Positions 32,901 through 40,889 of a DNA stretch of 64,000 bases are shown here, piece by piece. Made by a program: the position numbers and the translations under genes. Each line of letters opens with the position of its first letter. The first letter of the stretch is position 1. The DNA is from Myxococcales bacterium. Lineage in GTDB: Bacteria; Myxococcota_A; Polyangia; Haliangiales; Haliangiaceae. The notes under the pieces were generated by a model, which saw only the letters and a program-made list of their open reading frames with translations, did no database searches and had not been told where the DNA came from. The stretch spans positions 335,695 to 399,694 of the forward strand of contig JADJGV010000002.1 of NCBI GenBank assembly GCA_016707895.1, read 5' to 3'.

Positions 32901-33538
32901 AGGGGACGCTGTACAAGATCGCCACCGTCGTCCAGGACAAGTTCACCTCGACCGTGCTGCACGAGGTCGGGCACGCCGTCGACGAGATCCTCGGCACGCA
33001 GACCGAGGTGATCTACGACCGCGCCGGCTGGCGGAAGTACGGGATCGATCAGTTCGAGACCTGGGCCGCCGAGGCCGGCGGCTGGGACAAGGTCGCTGCC
33101 AAGGATCGCGCGCCGATCCGCCAGGCCTGGGTCGACTCGCTCTTCACGCGCCGCGCCGTCAAGGAGCTGGTGCCGGACGACCACCCGGCGCTGGCGGCGC
33201 GCTACGCAGGCGTCGGGCTCGTCGACGACGCCCGAGCCGACCGCAAGAGCGAGTACCACGAGCGCAACCAGCACGGCGATCGCGTGTTCGTCTCGCAGCC
33301 GCACTACCAGGCGTTCTACTCGGTGCCGTTGCGCACGTCGCAGGTCGCCCCGTCGGACTACTCGATGTACGCGCCCGAGGAGTACTTCGCCGAGTGCTAC
33401 GTCGAATACTACCGCGAGGTCGACGGCACACCCGAGGGGCAGCGCAAGAAGGGTGGCGTGCTGCCGGTGTGGATCAAGCAGTGGTTCGATCAGCACGTCG
33501 ACCGCGTGCGGTTCGACCCCAAGCGCATGAAGCCCTGA
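29951..33538 (+). CDS. large (1195 aa) cytoplasmic-type protein with C-terminal HExxH zinc-metallopeptidase-like motif
   Basis: VLHEVGHAVDE plus a downstream EEYFAE (possible third-ligand Glu) within the last ~250 aa. Long helical, Ala/Leu/Asp-rich N-terminal region. No signal peptide. Antisense ORF 31181..33739 is rejected. Confidence 0.75.
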   Translation: MTRDQRDREHAEPEHVTHRARPRNARGDDAVVEDELDSAEAWRQVDEILTQHAGGERLPGLARSLDATGKAQLVARMNDLRAFAGDVVWDTLLATGNSLAFAITFAPYGATPVSKERVRKHVERLRAADLADLTGLPFVELRKYFPGKLADELPTLVRDLTGLTGNADVVGWWLTTTEPKLAAHRLAAVADTALAKTCDEAQLWGWLDDLDGASAYYGLPELWKATSDPTAKAKLAAKLGPLATEDPEFAAEGDLHKPEVQAVVKRRGSAAELLDATALARGRGDASVADVLATLRRDPPTPTQAVQILATLTYEPIAVVVPPLLEVPGVTATHLLTLWANFGYSEQAAALRDDRLRAAIKKRLGPGVPLRALVDTAYVKAAELAPDEALRRWWIADAAPADALWLVASGSPSECAAACRALRSDGAGLRWAKQLTAQDNQEQLRVLANNCGDPATTARLRESVIREWSWDPITAGQREDAEITGPARPRLDAAVHDPTADRVARLADLDDAERAALARDPKAVSELTAHLDQDELVRALALLDLTVASAIRATPARGYHRGVVEYLRTRPAGEEAEVFEHADLIDRATGHVHPDPLLVLPSLRQPKRLVQAIALVPAVVERLLAGSDPSLALRLLDDPLVRPKAAPYLAGRPEALDALPRYEHLTARGQTAFDELGRAAGAQRGGDEVRDVVAEIADGTYEDGAAKAAARGATLDNARQQATIDGAVAALDQGASETADAMALVHQFRGQIPALIADPARWPTVDRLRALIGMLPTVAFPELSPATLLRSINTRRWMFEDAQGFLLLGAFAKDPGAAVLVAVALFDDEPGARAWLRRLPRAAGLTDREEDWLDKLASLVADPDVLRDLFLVRFGIAAPAQYASATLHTLYETLSRLPDGHLQQERIKQVVSTDAGVGVGGYWAEDLKTIVIDDEMAPDKATDETPERASWMTRAQVAERYGFDDAALAAQVAAGHVEQRAFDEGTLYKIATVVQDKFTSTVLHEVGHAVDEILGTQTEVIYDRAGWRKYGIDQFETWAAEAGGWDKVAAKDRAPIRQAWVDSLFTRRAVKELVPDDHPALAARYAGVGLVDDARADRKSEYHERNQHGDRVFVSQPHYQAFYSVPLRTSQVAPSDYSMYAPEEYFAECYVEYYREVDGTPEGQRKKGGVLPVWIKQWFDQHVDRVRFDPKRMKP

Positions 33539-33567
33539 GCCGCGATCCTGGCGGCCCTGGCGGCTCC

Positions 33568-33613
33568 GGCGAGCGGATCGGCCATGGCGCGCGGCGCTTC
33601 CGATAGTATCCCG
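33568..33613. repeat. 46-bp repeat, copy 2
   Basis: 45/46 identical to copy 1. Lies 5 nt upstream of the GTG start of the Sel1-repeat gene. Confidence 0.8.
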
Positions 33614-33617
33614 GGCC

Positions 33618-35101
33618 GTGGACGAACCCGAGGTCAACGCCGTCGAAGCCGTGCCCAGTCCGATCGAGTGGGTGGGGCTGGCCCTGGGTGGCGCGCCGTT
33701 CGCGGTCAGCCATTCGGTGACCCGCATCAGCACGAGCAACGGCGCGGTGACGTCGGTGTACTACCGCGACTGGGTGGCGCTCGGCTGTGGCGCCGCGGCG
33801 GCGGCGATCGGACTGCTCGCGCTGGTCCGGCTGCGGTCGACGGCCCCGGCCCGCCGCACGCTGCGCGCAGTGGTGGCGCTGGCGCTGCTCGTAGCAGGCG
33901 TCGCGCAGGTGCTGCGCGGCGTCGGGACCATCGACGGGCCGAAGGTGGAGGCGCCGGCGATCACGACCGGCCCCGCGACCCCGCCGCCCGCGGCGGTCGA
34001 TCCGGCGGTGGCGTGCGACGGCGGCGACAGCGAGGCGTGCAACCGCGCCGGCATGGCGGCCATCGCCGCCGAGCAGTGGACGATCGCGCGCCAGCGGTTC
34101 GAGGCCGGCTGCGCGCGCAAGCACGGCGAGAGCTGCAAGAACCTCGGCGTCATGTACGACCACGGCGACGGCGTCGAGCGCAACCAGGTCAAGGCGGTCG
34201 GCTACTACGGCCAGAGCTGCGACGCCGGCAACGCGGTCGGCTGCTTCAACCTCGGCATGGCCCGCTACCAGGGCGCCGGCGTCGATCGCGACGTGCCCGG
34301 CGCCGCCGGCATGTTCAAGCGCGCGTGTGCGCCGACAGCGCCGCGGCGTGCAACCAGCTGGCGATCATGCTCGGCGACGGCGTCGGCGTGCGCGAGGACG
34401 ACGCGGCGGCGTTCGAGCTGTACACCAAGGCGTGCGACGCCAAGCTGGCGGTCGCGTGCCGCAACGCCGGGCTCAAGCTCGACGACGGCGAGGGCGTGAC
34501 CGCGGATCCGGCCAAGGCGCTGGCGCGGTTCGTCGAGGCGTGCGACGGCGGCGACGGCGCCGGATGCTCGGACGCCGGCGCGCGCTACCAGGCCGGCCGC
34601 GGCGTCACCGCCGATCCGGCGCAGGCGCGCACGTACTACGAGCGGGCGTGCCGCCTGAACTACGGCGACGGCTGCAACCGCCTGGGCCGCCTGGCCGAGG
34701 AGGGCGTCGGCGAGGCCAAGGACCTGGCCAAGGCCGCGGCGCTGTACGAGCAGGCCTGTGCGCTGGGCGCCGGCTACGGCTGCTCGAACCTGGCGTTCCT
34801 GAAGGGCGGCATCACCAAGCAGCTGCCGCTGTACCAGCGCGCGTGCGAGCTGGGCGCCGCCGGCGTGTGCGTCGACCTCGGGATGGCGCTGTACACCGGC
34901 AAGGTCCTGAAGAAGGACGCGGCGGCCGCGCTGCCCCTGTTCGAGCGCGGCTGCGCGCTGGGCGACGAGGTCGGCTGCCGCAACGCCGGCATCCAGTACT
35001 TCCGCGGCGAGGGCGCCAAGGCCGACCGCGTGAAGTCGCACGACCTGCTGGTGCGGGCGTGTCAGCTCGGCGACGCCGCGTCGTGCAAGGAGCTCGAGTA
35101 G
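33618..35101 (+). CDS. Sel1-repeat (TPR-like) membrane protein with an apparent 1-bp frameshift near 34326 (possible pseudogene or sequence error)
   Basis: Two N-terminal TM helices, then Sel1 repeats (…C..G.GV..D…A..YY..AC…). The repeat register continues seamlessly from frame 33618 into frame 33584 at …AGMFKRAC|ADSAAACNQLAIMLGDGVGV…. The other continuation of each frame is Arg/Ser-rich noise. Confidence 0.6.
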
Positions 35102-35105
35102 CCCG

Positions 35106-36468
35106 TCACTTCGGGGTCAGCACGAGCCCGAGCTTGACGTCGACGTCGGTCGGGTCGCCGTCGCCGTCGATGACCGGCGTGAACGACCACTTGGCCATCA
35201 CGCCCTCGACGCACGACGCGAGGTTGTCGTCGACGCCGGCGGCGTTGCCGTCGGTGAGCGCGCCGCGATCGGTGACGGTGAAGGTCAGCGAGACCTTGCC
35301 GGCCAGCGTGCCGTCGCCCACCAGCGACTTCTTAGCAGCGCTGCAGGCTGGGCATGTAGGTCGTCGAGATCTTCCGGATGATGCCGTCGACCGACGGATC
35401 GCCGGGCGGGCGCGGGGTCGGCACCGGCTTGATGCGGCCGGGCGGGCCCGTCTCGGGCCCCTTGTCGATCGGGGTGACCGGTCGGGTGCCGGGATCGACG
35501 ACCGGGTTCTGGCTGGTGCCGGGGCGGTACGCATCGTCGGGGCGCACGCGGCCGGTCTGATCGCCGATGCTGGCGGTCTGGTCGTTGCGCTTGATCTCGT
35601 CGAGCTGCTGCGCCAGGTCGGTGCCGGGCTTCTTGGCCGACAGGTCGCCGACCGTGCGGCCGGTGTCGCCGTCAGGGGCGAACAGCAGATCGGCCATGCG
35701 GGTCGGATCGCCCGGCTCGGTCACCGACGGCGTCGGCGCGGCCGGCCGGCCCGTGTTGGGGGTCGGCTTGTGGGTCGGCGTCGGCGCGGTGGGCTCGGGC
35801 TTGGTCGGCGCCGGCTGGGTGCCGGGCTCGGGCTCGGGCGTCGGATCGGTGTCGAAGATCGGATCGCTGGCGTCGATCAGCGCGATCGTGTCGTCGGTGT
35901 ACGTCTCGGTCGCGCGGTGCGCCATCGTCGGCTCGCCGGGCGGATCGTTGAGGTTGGCGGCGATCATCACGCCGAGGTGCGCTACCAGCGACGCGGCGGC
36001 GAACGCGGCGACGCGGCCGTCGATGCGATCGGCCAGCGTGCCCTTGAGCGCGCGCGGCAGCGTGGGCGCAGGTGCGGGCGCGGGCAGCCGCACGCCCTGG
36101 AACAGCACGCGCACCTCGCCGACGTCGACGCGGCCGTGGGCGGCGAGCGGCAGCACGACGGTGGTCGCGCCCGCGGCCACCTTGCCGTGGGCGTCGCACT
36201 CGGCGCGGGTCCACACCGCGTCGCCCACCGCGATCCGCGCGTCCATGCCGGGAGCCAGCCGCAGGCGGATGCCGGCCGGCGTGATCGTCAGCAGCTCCCA
36301 GTTGCGCGGCAAGGTCGGCAGCGGCAGCTGGATGCTGGCGCGGGCCGACTGGCCGATCGAGAACGGCCGCTGGTCGCGCACGATCTGCTCGGCGACCACG
36401 GTCCCCGACAGCACGATGCCGAGGCGAAGGGCGGGAGGATTCGCGGGCTTGGCAGGAGTCGCGGACAT
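35106..36468 (-). CDS. FHA-like N-terminal domain protein with Pro/Thr-rich linker and AgmX/PglI-type (TonB-C-like) C-terminal domain, with apparent 1-bp frameshift near 35334
   Basis: …IRKISTTYMPSLQRC ends at a TAA stop, and the remainder of the C-terminal domain (…KKSLVGDGTLAGKVSLTFTV…KWSFTPV…) continues in the +1 frame without a start codon. Confidence 0.55.
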
Positions 36469-36514
36469 GGGAATGCAAACGCGCGACCCGCCAGGGCGAT
36501 CTAGCCGAGCGCCG

Positions 36515-37561
36515 TCAGCGCACCACGGTCAGGTGAACCCGCCCCGGCGACGACGGCGGCGGCGGCAGCGCCGGCGCGAGCGGCTGGCCGCGCCACGCGT
36601 CGAGCCGGCTGCCCTGGTGCGCGTACGCGACCGGGCAGGTGGCGGCGCACGGCTTGGGCGTGTCGAACGCCTGGCGGATGTCGTCGACGCCGTAGTCGGC
36701 CAGCGGCTTGGCGCCCAGGCCCATCTTGGGCGTGCACAGGTGCACCAGCCCGTCCTCGCACACGGTGAAGAAGCGGGCGCCGGCGCGGCACTTCCACTCG
36801 ACCTGGCCGCGGTCGAGCAGCTCGCTCTGGAAGTCCTCGCTGAAGACGCTGGTGCCGTGGCGATCGAGCGCGCGGATCTCCTCGTAGACGGCGCGCGCCT
36901 CGGCGTCGACCGGCAGCGGTCGCCCCGACGGATCGCGGGCCAGCGAGCACTTGGCGTCGAAGCCGAGCGCGTGCACCGCCTGCGCGACCGCCAGCGCCTC
37001 GGCCGGCGGCGCCGCGCCGAAGACGGTGTTCACGCGCACGCGGAAGCGCGCGTGCTCGGCGAGCAACCGCAGCTTGCCGCGCAGCGGCTTGAGCGACTTC
37101 TTGCTGACCGCGTTGGGCGTGAGGTTGTCGAGGCTGAGCTGCAGCGCGTACAGCCCGGCGTCGTTGAGCGCGTCGATCAGCGCACGCGTCAGCAGATAGC
37201 CGTTGGTGTTGAGCGCCGGCGTCATGCCGCGCGCGCGCACGTGGCGGACGATCGCGACGATGTCGGGGTGGAGCAACGTCTCGCCGCCGGTGAGCGTGAC
37301 GAACACCGTGCCCAGCTCGGCGAGGTGATCGATGCGCGCCTTCATCTCGTCGAGCGGCACCGGCGGCGACACCTTGTCGTACTCGGTGCAGTAGCCGCAC
37401 GCGAGGTTGCAGCGCCGGGTGACGACGACGTGGGCCATCAGCGGCCGATCGGTGTCGAGCGCGGCCTTGGCCAGCCCGCGCAGCACGCGGAAGTCGGCGC
37501 GCAGCTGGTGGCGGCGCTGGTGGCGGACAGGGGCGATCGCGGGGAGGGCGGCTGCGGACAT
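36515..37561 (-). CDS. radical SAM protein with C-terminal Cys-rich SPASM/twitch-like extension
   Basis: CNLACGYC = CxxxCxxC. Additional Cys cluster near the C-terminus (CRAGARFFTVCEDGLVHLC…CAATCP). Start is an internal ATG (MSAAALPAI…). Confidence 0.8.
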   Translation of the reverse strand: MSAAALPAIAPVRHQRRHQLRADFRVLRGLAKAALDTDRPLMAHVVVTRRCNLACGYCTEYDKVSPPVPLDEMKARIDHLAELGTVFVTLTGGETLLHPDIVAIVRHVRARGMTPALNTNGYLLTRALIDALNDAGLYALQLSLDNLTPNAVSKKSLKPLRGKLRLLAEHARFRVRVNTVFGAAPPAEALAVAQAVHALGFDAKCSLARDPSGRPLPVDAEARAVYEEIRALDRHGTSVFSEDFQSELLDRGQVEWKCRAGARFFTVCEDGLVHLCTPKMGLGAKPLADYGVDDIRQAFDTPKPCAATCPVAYAHQGSRLDAWRGQPLAPALPPPPSSPGRVHLTVVR

Positions 37562-37684
37562 GGCGGGCGGTATTGCGACCCCTGGGCCATCGCCCAAGCG
37601 CTCGAGATCGCTAGGCCGGGTGTCAAGGTTCGACCATTCCCTGGCAGATCAGCGCCGACGGCTGGCTGGTACGTTTCAACGGCG

Positions 37685-38152
37685 ATGCTCCGCCGCGTCT
37701 TGCCGCTCGCCTTGTTGGTCGGTTGCAGCCACCCGCGGCCGGCGCCGGCGCCAACGCCGCCGAGCCCGCAGGTCACGATCCACCTCGATCCGCTGCGCTT
37801 CAAGCCCGACGCCACGCTGACGATCGAGCTGGTGATCGGCAGCGGCTACAGCTGCAGCAAGCGCTACCCGATGCCGATGACGGAGCCCGCGCCGACGCCA
37901 TCGCCCGCGCCGTGCATGGCGCCGCCGCCCCCGTTCCACGAGCAGTACGCCGAGCGGGTGGCCGGCCGCAGCGCCATCGTGATCGCCAGCGGGCAGCTCA
38001 TGCTCGGGCGCGACTTCACCGTGATCGTCACCGGGCCCGCGGCCGAGGGTTGCGATCTGCTGCGCGGCACCGCGCGCGGCATCGCGACCGGCGGCGCGGT
38101 CGAGGTCCCGGCGCTCGAGCTGGTCGCGATCCCGCAGCCGTGCCCGGCGTAG
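37685..38152 (+). CDS. small lipoprotein (paralog of 38185..38685)
   Basis: Lipobox LLVGCS. The upstream ~2 kb of ORF 35567..38152 is antisense noise. Confidence 0.5.
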   Translation: MLRRVLPLALLVGCSHPRPAPAPTPPSPQVTIHLDPLRFKPDATLTIELVIGSGYSCSKRYPMPMTEPAPTPSPAPCMAPPPPFHEQYAERVAGRSAIVIASGQLMLGRDFTVIVTGPAAEGCDLLRGTARGIATGGAVEVPALELVAIPQPCPA

Positions 38153-38184
38153 ATCGTCGACGGCGATCGCGCGTCGGAAGTCCC

Positions 38185-38685
38185 ATGCCCCGCACGCTCG
38201 CCGCCCTCGCGCTCGCCGCCCTCGCCACCACCGCCTGCACCGAGCAGCTCGCGCCCGCCGCCCAGGCCACCACGCCGGTGCGCTTCGCGCTGTCGCTCGA
38301 CGCCCGCGCGTTCATGCCGGGCACGACCGTCGAGGTCGAGGTGTGGAACGAGGCCGCGCTGGCCGCGCGGGCGCGCAGCGGCGACTGCATGATCGGCCAC
38401 AGCGCCGCCGGCGAGGAGATCATCTGTCCGCCCGGCGTCACCTACCAGCCGCCGCCGACGCCCGAGCGGTTCACGTTCACCGTCGACGAGCTGGGCCACG
38501 GCTTCGCGATCGCCGCGCTGTCGATCGGCCGCGGCGAGGCCTACGAGATCGCGATCGGCGGTCGCGCCGCCGACGGCTGCAACCACGCCGGCGCCACCGC
38601 GCGCGGCGTCGCCGACCGCGACGAGATCGCGCTGGCCGACCTCGACGTCTTCTCGACCACGATGGCGTGTCGCACCGGTGGCTGA
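38185..38685 (+). CDS. small lipoprotein (paralog of 37685..38152)
   Basis: Lipobox LATTAC. Shared pattern …I.A..G…I.G.AA.GC…G.ARG.A. Confidence 0.5.
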   Translation: MPRTLAALALAALATTACTEQLAPAAQATTPVRFALSLDARAFMPGTTVEVEVWNEAALAARARSGDCMIGHSAAGEEIICPPGVTYQPPPTPERFTFTVDELGHGFAIAALSIGRGEAYEIAIGGRAADGCNHAGATARGVADRDEIALADLDVFSTTMACRTGG

Positions 38686-40779
38686 TCACGCCACGCGGAT
38701 GCGGGCGTCGATCGCGATCACGCCCTGGCCCGGGCCGCGGGTGACGATCGGGTTGAGGTCGAGCTCGAGCACCGCGCCCAGGTCGCCCATCAGGCGATCG
38801 ACGCGCAGGATGGCGTCGCGCAGCGCGGCGCGATCGGCCACCGGGCCGCCGCGGAAGCCGTCGAGCAGCGCCTGCGCCCGCACGCCGTCGACCAGATCGC
38901 GGGCGTCGGCGTCGGTCAGCGGGTGGACCCGGAAGCCGACGTCCTTCCACAGCTCGACCGCGACGCCGCCGATGCCGAAGCCGATCAGCGGGCCGAAGCC
39001 CGGCGTGCGGGTCGCGCCGACGAACAGCTCGACGCCGCGCGGCACCATCGGCTGCACGGTGACGCCGGCCATCTCGGCGGCGCGCCCGATCGTCGCCAGC
39101 CGCGCGTGGATGTCGGCGAAGGCCTGGCGCACGGCGGCGGCGTCGGCGACGTCGAGGATCACGCCGCCGACGTCGGTCTTGTGGGTGATCGTCGCGGAGG
39201 CGAGCTTGATCGCGACCGGGTAGCCGACCGCGTCGGCGGCGGCCGCGGCGTCGTCGGCCGAGGTGGCGAGCTGCGTGCTCGGCTGCGCGATGCCGTAGGC
39301 CGCCAGCACCGCGCGCGTGGCCTCGGGCGGCAGCCAGCCGTGGTGATCGCCGATCGCGGCGCGCGCCGCGGCCGCGTCGACGGCGAGCTCGGGCACCGCG
39401 CCGGCGCCGCGGGCCAGCCAGCGGCCGTAGCGCACCACGCGGGCCAGCGCGATCGCCGCCGCCTCGGGGAACGCGTACGACGGGAACCGGCCCTCGCGCA
39501 GCGACGACAGCGCCGCCGGCACGCCGTGCATGCCCATGAACGACGTCAGCACCGGCTTGGTCGCGCTGGCGCCGCCGCGCTGGATCGCCGCCGCCACCGC
39601 CGCGGCCTCGGTGCCGACCGGCGGCACGAACAGCACGATCACCGCGTCGACGCCGGGATCGGCGAGCAAGAGCGGCAGCGCGCGCTCGTAGGCCGCGGGC
39701 GTGGCGCTGGCGATCATGTCGACCGGGTTCTTGACCGACGCCTCGGGCGGCAGGAACTCGCGCAGCGCGGCGGTGGTCGCGGCCGACAGCTCGGGGACGA
39801 TCAGGCCGTGGCTCTCGCAGGCGTCGGCGGCCATGATGCCGGGGCCGCCGGCGTTGGTGAGCAGCGCGACGCGGTTGCCGCGCGGCACCGGCTGGTTGGC
39901 CAGCACCATCGCGACGTCGAACAGCTCCTCGATGGTGTCGGTGCGGATCACGCCGGCCTGGGTGATCAGCGCCTCGACCGCGACCTCGTTGCCGGCCAGC
40001 GACCCGGTGTGCGAGCTGGCGGCGCGCGCGCCGGCGCCGGTGCGGCCGCTCTTCACGGCGACGATCGGCTTCTCGCGCGCGACCCGCTGGCAGGTGGCGA
40101 GGAACCGGGCCGGGTTGCCGAAGCTCTCGAGGTACAAGAGCACCACCTGCACCTGCGGATCGGCGCCCCAGTACTCGATGAGGTCGTTGCCCGACACGTC
40201 GGCCTTGTTGCCGATCGACACGAACTGGTGGATGCCGATGCCCAGCTCCTTGGCGTAGTCGAGGATCGCCAGGCCGACCGCGCCCGACTGCGACGAGAAC
40301 GCGACGTTGCCGTGGGGCGGCCAGGTCGGCGCGAAGGTGGCGTCGAGGGCGATCGCGGGGTCGGCGTTGAGCAGGCCGAGGCAGTTGGGGCCGACCATCC
40401 GCATCCCGGCGGCGCGCACCTTGGCCAGCATCGCGTCCTGGACGGCGCGCCCGGCGTCGCCGGTCTCGGCGAAGCCGGCGGTGATGATCAGCACCGCCTT
40501 CACGCCGGTCGCGACGCAGTCGTCGATCACCGCCGGCACCCGCGCCGCCGGCACGACGATCACCGCGAGGTCGATGGCGTCGGGCACCGCGCGCAGATCG
40601 GGGTAGGCGCGGACGCCCTGCACCGACGTCGCGCCCGGGTTGACCGGGTAGACCGCGCCGGTGAAGCCGTTGGCGATCAGGTTATGGAAGATCTCGGCGC
40701 CGATCGTGCCGCGGGTGCGCGACGCCCCGATCACCGCGACCGTCCGGGGCTTGAGCAGCGAGTCCAGCGAGTGCGCCAT
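38686..40779 (-). CDS. acetyl-CoA synthetase (ADP-forming), fused alpha/beta domains (CoA-binding/ATP-grasp)
   Basis: N-terminal CoA-binding Rossmann fold (RTVAVIGAS…), succinyl-CoA-synthetase-like domains and a C-terminal ATP-grasp domain. ~700 aa. Confidence 0.85.
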   Translation of the reverse strand: MAHSLDSLLKPRTVAVIGASRTRGTIGAEIFHNLIANGFTGAVYPVNPGATSVQGVRAYPDLRAVPDAIDLAVIVVPAARVPAVIDDCVATGVKAVLIITAGFAETGDAGRAVQDAMLAKVRAAGMRMVGPNCLGLLNADPAIALDATFAPTWPPHGNVAFSSQSGAVGLAILDYAKELGIGIHQFVSIGNKADVSGNDLIEYWGADPQVQVVLLYLESFGNPARFLATCQRVAREKPIVAVKSGRTGAGARAASSHTGSLAGNEVAVEALITQAGVIRTDTIEELFDVAMVLANQPVPRGNRVALLTNAGGPGIMAADACESHGLIVPELSAATTAALREFLPPEASVKNPVDMIASATPAAYERALPLLLADPGVDAVIVLFVPPVGTEAAAVAAAIQRGGASATKPVLTSFMGMHGVPAALSSLREGRFPSYAFPEAAAIALARVVRYGRWLARGAGAVPELAVDAAAARAAIGDHHGWLPPEATRAVLAAYGIAQPSTQLATSADDAAAAADAVGYPVAIKLASATITHKTDVGGVILDVADAAAVRQAFADIHARLATIGRAAEMAGVTVQPMVPRGVELFVGATRTPGFGPLIGFGIGGVAVELWKDVGFRVHPLTDADARDLVDGVRAQALLDGFRGGPVADRAALRDAILRVDRLMGDLGAVLELDLNPIVTRGPGQGVIAIDARIRVA

Positions 40780-40889
40780 CGCGTGAGCTTACGCGGGGTT
40801 GCGTCGCTGCGGGGGCGCGCCGCGGCGGCGATCGGTCGCGGTCAGTGCGTCGCACGCAACCGCGGCGCGGTGCGGTCGATAGCCGCGGC

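Noticed and set aside
31181-33739. 852-aa minus-strand ORF antisense to the 1195-aa gene
   Set aside because: No motifs. Arg/Gly/Asp-rich. The plus-strand frame carries the HExxH motif and protein-like helices.
33584-34330. N-terminal 250 aa of ORF 33584..35101 (MARGASDSIPGRGRTRGQRRRS…)
   Set aside because: Arg-rich nonsense. The true gene starts at 33618 in the neighbouring frame and shifts into this frame near 34326.
35567-37684. First ~700 aa of the 861-aa ORF 35567..38152
   Set aside because: Low-complexity Ser/Ala/Gly/Arg-rich antisense to the FHA-type and radical SAM genes. Only the terminal 468 nt (37685..38152, lipoprotein with lipobox) are accepted.
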